Shown here piece by piece: positions 1 through 12,735 of a stretch of DNA of 64,000 nt. Below the pieces are notes generated by a model that was not told where the DNA came from, searched no databases, and worked only from the letters and a program-made list of their open reading frames with translations. The translations under genes were made by a program, and so were the position numbers. Source of the stretch: Epiperipatus broadwayi (lineage: Eukaryota > Animalia > Onychophora). The stretch is from the NCBI GenBank assembly GCA_028023455.1, contig JAQFVV010000003.1, forward strand, positions 11,780,001 to 11,844,000, written 5' to 3'. The stretch's first letter is position 1. Every line of letters starts with the position of its first letter.

Positions 1-180
1 ATGAAATCGGCTATTTTTTAAAAAAAAGAGAGAGATTCCAGGTTTAAAAATCCGAATATAACTACCAGTGTATTGGATGGATACTATGTTTCAAGCTAAG
101 AAAATATTCAGGATCAACTGGATTAATTTATATTATAATAAAAAAAAAGCTAATTAAACTCCACTCTCCTTCTTCAATAG

Positions 181-391
181 GAAAAAGAAAAAAGGACTAT
201 TATTAAAATTCTTCACTGGATTTCACGGGATTATTCTATCTGAACATTATCGCCAATGGAAAAAAACATTGAAAGTTCATCTTATCTTTTCTCTACTCAA
301 AGAAATAAACCCATCTCTACATCTTAGGACTAAAAATCAAGAAGCTACGATGAATCAATGGATAATGAAAATGGACACGCTTTTACTTAAG
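181..391 (+). other. candidate host exon (unverified)
   Basis: Pyrimidine-rich acceptor ctccttcttcaatag|G at 180/181 and donor AAG|gtaagc at 391/392 bracket 211 nt with one open frame (KKKKGLLLKFFTGFHG...MKMDTLLLK). No family recognised. Confidence 0.25.
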
Positions 392-1325
392 GTAAGCTTT
401 TTTTTTATGCATATGTGTGCATATTTATATATTTTTTTCAAAAGAATAATTTATATTTTAGTTTATATCATAAATAGTGTACATTTAGATTTAATAGGGT
501 TTATGAAATGAAGGGCTCCGAGAGATTCATTTACAGATTATTTAAACTCGTATTAATGCGACGATGTTTTTAAATATTCAGTTTAAATTTTGTATGTTTT
601 AAATTTTAGCTTGAAATATCGGACAGAAAACAAGTTTAAATATAGAGTTTTATTTTACGTTTGTTCAATTATTATGTTAATGAACAAATAGAGTTCCACT
701 TTATATTTGGTATTTGTTATCTAGAAAATTGTATTAAAATATTCAAAATCTCTCCTTCCATTCAATTTTTTTTAACGTGTCATTATTGTTTTAGCAACAC
801 CATTTAGAGTTACACACATAGATTTTCTCACTTTTATTAATTCAATCAATCACAAATATCGGATAATCTTATGTTGTATTTGATTAATGTTACAGTTTTT
901 TTATAATCCAATAAATTGAGTTGATTTAAATGCTATAAACCAGTTTAGTTTGGGGTTGTTGTTTTTTTTTTTTTTTTTTTTGGATTGCGTAAAAGGATTT
1001 TGTTATTTTAAAATTCGGTTCAAGATTCAAACTCAACTTGATAAGTGAACTAGAATTTAAAATATATGTTTTGTATATTATACATTTTTAAAAATCTTAT
1101 TTACGGATAAATTTTATAATTATTTCTGCATTTGAATATTATACATCATATTTTATTTTAGTTAATATTACGACTAAGTCAATATAATTCATTAGCTTAG
1201 AGTTGATTATTTCTTTTCCATCATAAAAATCTAAATAGATCGTATTTTGTCATTGGTTTAGAATGACTTTAAGTCAATAAATATCACATGACCACCTCCT
1301 CTTATGCTTGTGTATAACTGTTGTT

Positions 1326-1364
1326 AAAACAGGCAAAACTCGCTATATGAGTTTTGCCTGTTTT
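1326..1364. repeat. minimal inverted-repeat footprint of HHR family A
   Basis: Perfect 16-bp arms aaaacaggcaaaactc / gagttttgcctgtttt with a 7-nt spacer. The arm core gagttttgcct matches family A ends at 19163, 27781 and in the 29-31 kb array. Confidence 0.6.
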
Positions 1365-2883
1365 TTAAAATGACTGTCTTAAATATTTTTAAAACTTCTC
1401 TAAAATGAAGAGTACAAATTTCATTGACTGGTTTAATTGAATATTGTTTTTGATTTGAACAACGATCAATTATAATTATATAGTTTAATTGTCACCAAAA
1501 CCAATTTCATATTCGATTATTTGAAGATTCAAATAAATAATATTAATAATTATAGGTTAATAAACATCCAATGGAAACTTAATACAGTATATCATTTATA
1601 TAATGTGATTGGGCATTGTAGAGGTAGAAATTATCTAACAGATTTGTTGATAATAAATTCTCGTGGAGTATTCTATTTTAAAATATAAACGAAGCAATAA
1701 TTAAGAATCGCTTTATTGGAAGATATTAATAAATTATTTATACATTACATTATAGCGTCTTATTAAACTAGACGTAGATTAATTTGTTTAAACATTTAAA
1801 GGAGTGCATAAATTTTCTAAGTGTTTTCCAAAAGGATGTAAAACTAGTTGATTTCAATAGAATATTATTAATTAAATATTAAAGTAGAAATAATTATGTA
1901 TCGCTTTATGGGAAGATATGAATAAAATGTTTCTATATTATATTTAAATAGTTTACTTCCCGTTATATATAAATAAACACAAAAACTTATAAGTAAAGTT
2001 TAAAAGAGAAGTTATAAATATAATAATTTTCATGGATCCATGACTCATAATCATAGCTTTCTTAAAAATATATAATAAAATATATGCAAAGATATTTAAA
2101 TTAGTACGTGTTGTTTATTTATATTGTATTTAGTGTTTCATTAAACTAGATATACATTTGAGTCAACGATTATTTTGTTTCAACATTTAAAATAGTGTAT
2201 ATATTTTAAAATGTTTTGTAAAAACGCAATTATAGTTACTTAGAAGCTCATCTGTTTTGATAAAATGCAGTATCATTAAATGTTAAAATAGATCTGAATT
2301 ACTACAATAACAGTAGATTAATAAAGTGTGTTGGAATTTAGTTTAGTTATTGATTCGAAATGACTTTCATTAAATTACTAATCAAATATTTAGCTTAATC
2401 ATATATTATTGTTTAGGGCAATGATATACGATTTCACTGCTTATTGCAGTTTACTTTGTAATTGTGATAGATTTGTTGATATCTGGAACAGATAATCACA
2501 GTTATTTCGTTTTACATATAGCTTAAACAAATTAGGCTTTAGTAGAGATTATTAGTGCTTTATGATGGTTTTATTACATAATGGCAACCCGAATGAGCTA
2601 GATTAGATTAAATTATATTTTTTTAAGATTTTGATCAGATCAGATTGATCATTTTCCCCAGCACATTGACAGATTTAATCCGTTATAATATATACACACA
2701 CACAAAACATGTTAGTAACTTATCCATATTTGTGTGTCATTTAATAATCACACAATAAAAACAATTCAATATATGAAGTGAATATTAGAAAATTACTTTG
2801 CCAGATTCTTTTAAGAATTCAAGGAAAAACCTTCAAAGATCTTCTTTCAGTTAATAACAAACACTTTTTTAGCATCTACATGT

Positions 2884-2960
2884 TTGTTGTTGTTGTTGTT
2901 GTAGTTCTTGTTGTTGCTATTGTTATTATTATTATTATTGTTATTACTATTATTATTATT
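2884..2960. repeat. compound (GTT)n(ATT)n microsatellite at the LINE 3' end
   Basis: Directly visible. Lies just downstream (minus strand) of AATAAA at 2981-2986. Confidence 0.9.
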
Positions 2961-3374
2961 AAGTTTCAACAATAATAAACTTTATTAATCCTTTTAGTTA
3001 TATAGTATTACAATGCCGTAGCAAGATACATGTTTAATCTTATTATTGTCAGTTCAATTTCGAGTGCCACAATATTCATTTTTTTAAAAGTACATATCTA
3101 TACAGGCAATTTGTACATGATTCTATCTGCTTTAGAAATGTCATTATTGTCCAATAGGAGCATAATCTGGACCATACTTTCTTTAATTCTTTGGAAATAG
3201 GAGATATAATTTCATCATTGTTTTTTGATTTCCAATCTAGTGGTATATCATGGAAGACATTATATGAATTTCTTTATCTCACAGCCTTTATATTCTAGTT
3301 TGTCCTTCAAACCCAAAGTCCCATGATCATATTTGGGATCATTAAAAACTTAGTTTATCCATAAACCAGCAACT

Positions 3375-6300
3375 TCATTCTTTATAACTTTGCTGTTTGT
3401 TTGAGCAGGGACCAAGTAGCTGCATAAATATCCAGGATGGTGATCTGCTTGTCTCTAACTTGAATTTTAATTTATTCTCAAATGTGGTTGGATGCCTTCT
3501 GGGGTTATTACCCAATATGAATGCACACCTAGTGCACCAAAGTGCATATAAGACAAACATTAAGGCCCTTATGGCTGGTACAGACCTACATTTGTAAGTT
3601 GACATAATTTGCATCATTATAGTGTTTTGCTTTCTATATTTCCCCTGCAGAATGCATCTAGTCTGCTCCATAGCCTTGCAGTTGAAAATTATGTGCTGTA
3701 AAGTCTCCTCAGTCATATGGCAAAGGCCACAGAATGGATCAACTGACCTGTACATTCTTCTGTGATGTAAAAAATATTTAGTAGGTAAAGCATTCAAATT
3801 CATTTTGATTATAAAATCTAGAAACTTAGGTTCTAGTTGCCATCTTTTGTATTGCTTGATCAGATATTTGTTTCCTATTTCTAGTATTGATGGGGATCTC
3901 CTTATACTTTCATTCAAATTGATGTTTCTAGTATTGATGGGATCTCCTTATACTTTCATTCAAATTGATCCGGGATTGTTTTTTCTCTCCTGCATTGGTA
4001 GATGGTGACTGCCAAAAAACAATCTTCTGGAGGATGCCTATCTGTAGGTGTTATCTGCTCTAAGTGTCTTAATTTAGGAAATTGAGTGAGTATAGCAATT
4101 ATAGCATTCCTTGTTTTGAATGTTTGAAATGTTTGTAAGCTATGCAACCCCAGTCCATTTGCTATAAGAGGGCGATTGAGTTTGACCATTGAAATTGCTA
4201 CCGTCTTTTTCCTCCAGATGAGCTTGCAACATATGGAATTAATACATGCCATAAATGTTTTTGAAAATTCAACTACAGGCATGTAATATGTTATCTTGGT
4301 TATTATAAGCTTGTTATTCAGTTCCACCTTTGCATATATGGACAAATATGCCTTTGAGAGTGATTCACCTATGCTCTTGACTTCTTCTTTGAGCTTGGCT
4401 TGGATCTGACATCACATACCAGTGGCTCCTAGAAAAAAAGGAAAGCCTAGAAATAGAATAGGTTTTTTTTGATACATTGGTCCATATGGCCTTCCAGTGA
4501 ATAGCATCCAGGCTGCAGTCTTTATTCGCATTCTGTATTGTTTTGAGAATTGTTCAAGCACTGCCTGAAGCTGTGGTATTTGCTTCTTGGATGTCAAGAA
4601 GACGTGATATCGTCCATGTATGTGAGACATGCAATCTTCTGTGTTGTTCCAGGTATTTGAACTCCAATGAATGTACTATTGATTTTTTCATTAAGTGGAT
4701 TGATATAATAAATAAACATTAATGCACTCACAGGAGACACCTGGGATAGTGATTGTGTTGGGATGAATGAGGGAGAATTTCTGCCATTCATAGTAACATA
4801 AAGTTCTCTGCTCAGTATCAAATTTGAAGTTAAATATAGCAGAGCTTTGGGTATTTTAGACTGCTTGAGCATATCCAGTAGCACAGGAATTCTCACTGAA
4901 TCGAAAGCTGAAGCAATATCTATCTGCACCACCACTGTGCTGTATTTCTTCCTCACCCTAGTGGCTATCATCATGGTCTTGAATAACAATGCTGCTTGCA
5001 CTGTTGATGATGTCTTCTTTGCAAATTGTGATTCACAGATGGTTGGTAAAATATAGGGCTCAATTTTATATTTTATAATCTTTTCCAATATTTTAATAGA
5101 AAGTGGCCCCATAGATATTGGTCTAAGCTCATTTGGCACTGATATGACTTTCTTTTTGTTATTATATGGCACTATTGCCATGGGGTATATCTCTGTGGTT
5201 GACTTAATTTCTTGAGCAAGATGGTTTGCTAAATTCTTGAGGTATATAGCTGTAAAAAAACTTAAATGCTTGAGAATGAACAGTGGTATCCCATGGCCAT
5301 CTGGGTGATAAGCATTGCTGATAGTTCTCATTTTCTCTATTATATCATTTTCACTAACTGGTAATTCACTCTCAATCTCTCCAAACATTTTTGGTGGGAA
5401 GAAAAAGCGAGGTGCAGCACTTAACTTATCTTGAAAGTATTTGAACAATGGCATGATCATGTTATGACCAGCAAACATACCATCCTCAGTCTGGATAGCC
5501 ATTGGCACCTTTAGGTCTGGTACATAACCTAAAGCCCACTTGATAAACTTGCAGTTCCAGGTGTGCTGTTGTGCCATGCAAAGCTTACTTTTCTTTATCT
5601 TCAGATATTTTTTCAGTGATTCACAGGCCTTGTTATAAGCATCAGTCAGCTTTCTTATGTGTATTTGGGATCTGTGTGTTGGAGCCATCACCATTAGTCT
5701 CTGATGTAGCTGATTAGCATATTGCAGAAACCTTGATGGTAGTGGTTGATTTATTGTTACATGATCAATATTGAAAGACAAGATGTTTATAAAAGTCAGG
5801 TATTGCTGTATAGAATCAAGGCTCATCCCTTTAACCTTCTGCAACAGAATATATGTCTCTGAGAAGAGGAATTCTGTTGCATTTGTTGGGATAAGTACTC
5901 TCATCATTTTTGTTAGCTTGTGATTAACTACTTGCAGTTTTTCTAGATTGATTGTGATTAACTGGGCAGAATGATCAGAAAACGTAGTCAGGACCAATTT
6001 TACTTCCATGAGGTGATGCAGTGATGGCAAGCAAAAGTTCAGATCCATTAATGTTGCCAACCAACCATTATGAAATGAGACAGCCCCTTTTGGCAGAAAA
6101 CCTTGTCCACTAATCAATGGTATGGCTATTTTATGTAGTGATTTCTGTATAAATTCTTCATAAGATGAGTTGCAGTCCCCAACCAGAACAGTGGGGCTTA
6201 AATTCATGGCAAGAATTGGAATTTATATTGGAAATTATAGATTCTATCTTTTGCTTTTGTACTGGCATATAAACAAGCACTATATTCATTGTAATTATTT

Positions 6301-6604
6301 TTTGAGTCAGTGTTATTATTAAGAGGTTTGAATCAATGTAAAGTATTTTGAAATTTTCAAAAGGACAATCTTGAGCAATTACTACTCCAGTTCCTATAGA
6401 TGGAGAGGACGAAACTCTGGAACATGCAGAGAAGCCCTGGCCCCTTAGGTAGATAGCTAAATTTATTGGTGAGCCTGCATATATCTTTGTTTCTAATAAT
6501 CCTGTTATATGCGCTCGGATTTGATTTATCCAATGTTTAACTTTGAAATTTTTATTGATTGAATTAAGTCCTCTGACATTTAAAACAGCAATTTTAAGTT
6601 TCAT
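3375..6604 (-). pseudogene. LINE ORF2 (APE endonuclease, reverse transcriptase, C-terminal zinc finger), frameshifted
   Basis: 6158-6604 MKLKIAVLNVRGLN..LLET..VYMP, continuing to SDH (APE). 4594-6207 LRPISM, QIDIASAFDSV, SQVSPVS, YMDD (RT). 3375-3917 CGLCHMTEETLQHIIFNC and LWCTR (zf-RVT-like). Pieces are in different frames. Confidence 0.9.
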
Positions 6605-6784
6605 TAATAATCTTGTTTGAGTTAGGCACTCGTGTCTTGCTTCTTTTCTTCCTCGATTTCCATGGCATCTTGAAACACCAGGCCACTCTCTTCATCCACT
6701 GCTACAGCCCAATGATATATCTCCTGCTCACTGTGAGGGTTCTCTTGTTCAATTACCACCTTTTTACATCTATCTTTTTATTGG

Positions 6785-8592
6785 TCACCCAGGTTTGTGC
6801 CTACATTCAGTGTGTGTTTCTATTTGGTTAGGCAGATCCGGAGTAATAGCCTTCATCACTTCAGTTGATGTTTTATTCATAATTGTTGGCCATGGTATGA
6901 CTTTGGTTGAAATTCTGCATCTTTTATGTACATCAATCATGTCTTCAGTTTCAGTCTCACGTGCCATTATTTGTGAGCAATCTTCATTTGCACTCTCTGA
7001 CTGATTTTGTTGGTCATATTTCATATGGCTTACCTTTGCTGCAATTCTCTTATCCTCTTTTTCATTGTTTAATCTCTCTTGCTCATTCAACTGAGCTGGC
7101 CTTTCCTGGTGAGCAATTTTAAGCTTACTTTGGTTATTATTATCTTGTATGTTGTCCAGTGGCTTATTTTCCATTTTTAAGCCATCTAGTTCTCGGTCGG
7201 CCTCAATGTATTTGATGTGTTTTATCTTCTTGTCTGCCGTTGCTTCAATTATATCTTCTTTACCTGTTTTTTGCTTACTTTGTTTATTATCTTGTACGTC
7301 ATCCAGTTCCTTATTTTTCATTTTTAAGTCATCTAGTTCTCGGTCACCCTCAATGTGTTTGATGTGTCTTATCTTCTTGTCTGCCCTTGTTTTATTTTCT
7401 GTCCTTTCAATTATATCTTCTTTATCTGGTTGGTATATTTTCCACATTTTTTTATTATTTTTTTGCATACTATCTATATCTATTTTTGATCTTTGGTGTT
7501 CATGAAGCGAATCTTCTATTCCAGTCTCAGATTCCAGTCTTTAATTGTTATCTTGATTTCCTTTTTTTGATAGATTTTGTTGATCAAGCTTTATCTGTTT
7601 TGGTCTCACTTCAATTCTTATGCCTTCTTTTTCATTAGTTAGTTTGTCTTTCTCAAACAGCCATGATAGTACTGACTGATCAGCAACTTTCAGCATACTT
7701 TGCTCCTTATTTCTTTGCATATCATTTAATTCTTTATAATTTTTTTGCAAGTCACCTGTCTCTTGGTCACCCTCTTAATGTTTGGTGTATTTTCTCTTCT
7801 CTGGCCTTGGCTGACTTTCAATTCCTTCCTTTGTATATTCTTTATCTGGAAGTTCCATTTCTGCCCATTTTTTTTTATTTTTTTGCATGTCATCTATTTC
7901 TCGGCCAGTCTCTGGGTGATCAGCATTTTCTTTCTTCTTGTTTGGGTTTGCTTGATCTTCCATTTGCTCTGTTGTGTATTCTTTAATTAATATTTGCTGT
8001 GTTTTAGCTGCTGACTGGCCATTGCTGTTGTGCTTTCTTCCACAGTCTATTGTCAGGTGTTCTCTACTGCCACACTCAACACATTGTGGCCTAAGTCCTT
8101 TAATTTGTATATTCAGTATTGCTTCTTGATCCATTATTATGTTTGGGATGTCTTCAGGTCATGTCTTCATTCATCTTGATCTTGAAATAAAAACGGTTTG
8201 AATAAACCAGTGTAGGCGTGTCTGAGAAATATATTGGCTTCATGTATATCGGTTGCCCAAAGGGTTTCATTAGTTTTGTGAAATCATGTATATTATACCC
8301 AAAATAGGTATTTTTAATAATGCCAGTGTGATAGTTTTGCATTTCTTTATCTACAATCACAGAGCATAATTTTCCAAAGTCTTCATTTTTTCTTGAAAAA
8401 TCTGCACATTGCTTTTCATTAATGAATTCTACCGCCAGATACCTTGAGTTGGTATGCTCTCCAATGGTTGATACTGAGCTCTACATTTTGTTCTTTGATA
8501 ACTCTTTATATAGTATTTCCCTTGGAAACTTATAGAGAGAGAGATTTCCATCTGTTGCTGCCAAAACGATTGACTTATTTGAAAAAAATCTC
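6785..8592 (-). pseudogene. LINE ORF1, central and C-terminal part (RRM-like, CX2CX4HX4C knuckle, charged repeats)
   Basis: SIVLAATDGNLSLYKFP...RYLAVEF...GIIKNTYFG...KPFGQ, then LRPQCVECGSREHLTIDC at 7775-8134. Several stops and frameshifts. Confidence 0.85.
7150..7950 (-). repeat. imperfect ~147-bp (~49-aa) coding repeats in the ORF1 tail
   Basis: ctagttctcggtc recurs at 7186 and 7333. Peptide motifs DRELDD/QKNxKK/PDKE recur in ORFs 6785-7468, 7541-7750 and 7775-8134. Confidence 0.7.
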
Positions 8593-8607
8593 TTAAATGA
8601 AATAAAT
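8593..8607 (+). repeat. left TSD of the PLE insertion (TTAAATGAAATAAAT)
   Basis: Identical 15-mer at 14892-14906. Excising the intervening DNA restores LINE ORF1 in frame (PKKLFISFK-RFFSNKSIV). Confidence 0.9.
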
Positions 8608-8670
8608 TAATATATATAAATGCGCTCTGCGCACAGTTAATGAAGCTATTAATAAATTGTCAAAATTTTT

Positions 8671-8719
8671 ACTGCCAAGCGCTTTCAGGACAGTCTACAG
8701 TCCCATATTCATGGCGAGT
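8671..8719 (-). ncRNA. candidate variant type-I hammerhead ribozyme in PLE pseudo-LTR (copy 1)
   Basis: ACUcGCC-AUGAAUA-U-GGGAC(uguagacu)GUCCU-GAA-AGCGCU-U-GGCAGU. One G-U wobble in stem II. Confidence 0.6.
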
Positions 8720-8775
8720 TATTCTGTTAATAACTGTAAAACTATGCAAATTTTATGCAAATTTATATGCAGATG

Positions 8776-11069
8776 TTACGTGGACCATTTACGAGATAGG
8801 GAATAGCAGGCCTCTCTTCTGTTGATTGCCGATGGGTCAGCCGCAATGAAGTAAGCTTCCCTAACTTTACGTTTGGTGTCGTTTGTTTCAGAGCAAACGA
8901 CACTGGCTGTGGTAGGTAGAAAAGCATGTCCAGAGTTTCTCTCGTGTTCGACAAAAATCGAATTACCTTCATACTTTGTTTTGGTTTTATTGTAAAGGTA
9001 TCGGTGTTGAGCTACTCTGGTGGCAATGTTAGTTTTGGTCTCTCCATAATATGTTGCCATGCAATTTCTTTGGGGGCAGGTAATTTTGTACACAACTTGA
9101 GGGGTGAGTTCAGGTTTGATCCTGTCTTTGGTATTATTTATCAGTCTATTGGTGTTGGGAGGTGAACGGAAAGTGACTTCAAAGTCACATGATAGTTGAT
9201 TGATAAGGCTTTTAGCTGTAGAGTGAACGTATGGGATTAAGATTCTTGGTTTGTTTTCTTTCTTGTGGTTGTGGTTTATTTTATAGAAAAATTTGTTGAC
9301 TTTTCTGTTGATGGATGAATAAGTGTGTCCTATTTTCCTTAAATCAGTTATATAATTGATGAGATTTTTTCTTTTATCTGCCTCATATTTGCACAAGTTA
9401 TGGTTCCTAAACATGAATGAGGAGAGGGCTGCAAGTTTGTGTGAGTGAGGCGCGTAAGAATTAGGGTTTGTCAAGCCTCTTACTTCCAAAGGTTTGACTA
9501 CCATTTGGTAGTCCAGCTTATCTATATTTTTGCTAACACATATGTCAAGGTATTTGACCTGTTTGTCTTGGTTTTCCCAAGTAGTAGTAAAAGTAAGCTT
9601 GGTATTATTATGGAGGCTATTGTGAAGGTTAGAGATGATGTCTTCTGGGGCAGCAACGAATATGTCATCAATGTAGCATGTATATATCATATGTGGGGTT
9701 GACATGAAGAGTACAGGTAGTATTAGCTTCTCGTAATGGTCAAGTACAACGCTTGCCATTATACCACTAAGTGGGAGGCCCATTGGCCATCCGTTGTTCA
9801 TACTAAACCACTTATCTCTGAAAACAGCAATTATATTTAAATCAAGCCATTTTAAAAAATCGATGATGAATTTGGCACGTGTAGGTGGGCAGTTTCTTGC
9901 AATTAATTTATCATTGACTATTTCGATAGATTGTTTACGGTCAATGGAGCCATATAGCTCTGCCACATCAAATGATGCGATTTTAAAATTAGCTGGTATA
10001 AACGCGTGTTTAATTTTTCCTACAAACATGAAAGATGATTTAATGGTGTAATCGCCAAAGCCTAATATATCAATAAGCCAGCGATTGACCAAAACTGCCG
10101 TGTTGAAATAGTGTGCCCTGCCAAAATCAATCATAAGTCTCAAAGGTTTATCAGGCTTGTGCAGCTTAATGTTAGCGAAGATTCTAGGAGGAGAAGAGGT
10201 TGACGGGTATATACGATGGTATTCGGCTTTTGTAAAGACGCTGTCACGATTTATTCGTAGTATATTGGATATAAATCTATCTCTGTTAAGCCTATTGTTG
10301 AAATTATTTAGATTTACAAATTTTAATTTTTCGATTTGTGTATTAATCTTAATATTATATTCATCATCATCTATCAATACAAATCTGTTCCCCTTGTCTT
10401 CTTTTAAGCAAATGATGGAATTATCCGCTAGAAATTGATTTGTGTTAGCTGCTTATTCTTGCAATCATTAGGATAATTGTTTAGCTGCTTATTCTTGATA
10501 GTTTTTGCTATCCTTGCGATAATTGGTTCCTTTAGTGGGTTGTCCATTAAAGCTGTTTCGACGTCAGCAACAATTTCCATTTTGGGATTCTTCCAGCGTC
10601 TGCCTATGAATTTTGGACCTAATTCAAAAACTTCCTTAATCGTGTGCGGAATGTTTGTGTTTGTAAGGTTGACAAACTTGTTGCTATTGAGCGCATCAAA
10701 TTGAATATTTTGCTTTTTTGCTAAAAATTTTATTTTATTATTGAATTTCTTGAACAGACCGTTCGTATGTCTATTGCATCTGTCGGTGATAAATGGGGGG
10801 ATCAGGTAGTTGTCGGAAATTATGTTCCATCTTCTCGTTTCTTTTTTTAAGGCCCTTTTGCATCCTTTAATGATAGAAATTAGTAGTTGTTTTTGTAAAT
10901 TCGTTTTGATTCTATCGTAATTATATACAGTCTTGTTAATAATAATTTTGCAGCAGTTAGGTACAATTTTACACTGATAACATTTTGTAAAGAAATATAT
11001 TCTCTGCTGAAATGTGCAAATTGACAGTCCAGTATGAAGTAGCTGCCGGTCTCGTGCGTAGTTATTCAT
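8776..11069 (-). pseudogene. PLE ORF (RT + C-terminal GIY-YIG endonuclease), ~764 codons, one frameshift near 10440
   Basis: RT motifs KLHKPDKPLR, SFDVAELY, GWPMGLPLS, YIDD, YLD. Endonuclease VVYKITC..C..YYGET..RVAQH..REAYFI. N-terminus in ORF 10428-11069. Confidence 0.92.
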
Positions 11070-11179
11070 GTTATTGAAATAGTTAAGATTTTACTTCATT
11101 AACGCTTAAATAAATTAATATATATATATGTGCTCTGCGCACAGTTAATGAAGCTATTAATAAATTGTCAAAATTTTTT

Positions 11180-11228
11180 ACTGCCAAGCGCTTTCGGGAC
11201 AGTCTACAGTCCCATATTCATGGCGAGT
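11180..11228 (-). ncRNA. candidate variant type-I hammerhead ribozyme in PLE pseudo-LTR (copy 2)
   Basis: Same fold with perfect GGGAC/GUCCC stem II. Predicted cut at 11186/11185, ~116 nt upstream of the ORF ATG at 11069. Confidence 0.65.
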
Positions 11229-11284
11229 TATTCTGTTAATAACTGTAAAACTATGCAAATTTTATGCAAATTTATATGCAGATG

Positions 11285-12735
11285 TTACGTGGACCATTTA
11301 CGAGATAGGGAATAGCAGGCCTCTCTTCTGTTGATTGCCGATGGGTCAGCCGCAATGAAGTAAGCTTCCCTAACTTTACGTTTGGTGTCGTTTGTTTCAG
11401 AGCAAACGACACTGGCTGTGGTAGGTAGAAAAGCATGTCCAGAGTTTCTTTCGTGTTCGACAAAAATCGAATTACCTTCATACTTTGTTTTGGTTTTATT
11501 GTAAAGGTATCGGTGTTGAGCTACTCTGGTGGCAATGTTAGTTTTGGTCTCTCCATAATATGTTGCCATGCAATTTCTTTGGGGGCAGGTAATTTTGTAC
11601 ACAACTTGAGGGGTGAGTTCAGGTTTGATCCTGTCTTTGGTATTATTTATCAGTCTATTGGTGTTGGGAGGTGAACGGAAAGCGACTTCAAAGTCACATG
11701 ATAGTTGATTGATAAGGCTTTTAGCTGTAGAGTGAACGTATGGGATTAAGATTCTTGGTTTGTTTTCTTTCTTGTGGTTGTGGTTTATTTTATAGAAAAA
11801 TTTGTTGACTTTTCTGTTGATGGATGAATAAGTGTGTCCAATTTTCCTTAAATCAGTTATATAATTGATGAGATTTTTTCTTTTATCTGCCTCATATTTG
11901 CACAAGTTATGGTTCCTAAACATGAATGAGGAGAGGGCTGCAAGTTTGTGTGAGTGAGGCACGTAAGAATTGGGGTTTGTCAAGCCTCTTACTTCCAAAG
12001 GTTTGACTACCATTTGGTAGTCCAGCTTATCTATGTTTTTGCTAACACATATGTCAAGGTATTTGACCTGTTTGTCTTGGTTTTCCCAAGTAGTAGTAAA
12101 AGTAAGCTTGGTATTATTATGGAGGCTATTGTGAAGGTTAGAGATGATGTCTTCTGGGGCAGCAACGAATATGTCATCAATGTAGCACGTATATATCATA
12201 TGTGGGGTTGACATGAAGAGTGCAGGTAGTATTAGCTTCTCGTAATGGTCAAGTACAACGCTTGCCATTATACCACTAAGTGGGAGGCCCATCGGCCATC
12301 CGTTGTTCATACTAAACCACTTATCTCTGAAAACAGCAATTATATTTAAATCAAGCCATTTTAAAAAATCGATGATGAATTTGGCACGTGTAGGTGGGCA
12401 GTTTCTTGCAATTAATTTATCGTTGACTATTTCGATAGATTGTTTACGGTCAATGGAGCCATATAGCTCTGCCACATCAAATGATGCGATTTTAAAATTA
12501 GCTGGTATAAACGCGTGTTTAATTTTTCCTACAAACATGAAAGATGATTTAATGGTGTAATCGCCAAAGCCTAATATATCAATAAGCCAGCGATTGACCA
12601 AAACTGCCATGTTGAAATAGTGTGCCTTGCCAAAATCAATCATAAGTCGCAAAGGTTTATCAGGCTTGTGCAGCTTAATGTTAGTGAAGATTCTAGAAGG
12701 AGAAGAGGTTGACGGGTATATATGATGGTATTCGG
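11285..12735 (-). pseudogene. 5'-truncated second PLE ORF copy (RT + GIY-YIG)
   Basis: Near-identical to 8776-10226 at a 2509-bp offset. Homology ends at the inversion junction. Confidence 0.92.

Noticed and set aside
2778-2975. Hydrophobic poly-V/poly-I ORFs (also 15335-15538)
   Set aside because: They are translations of microsatellites.
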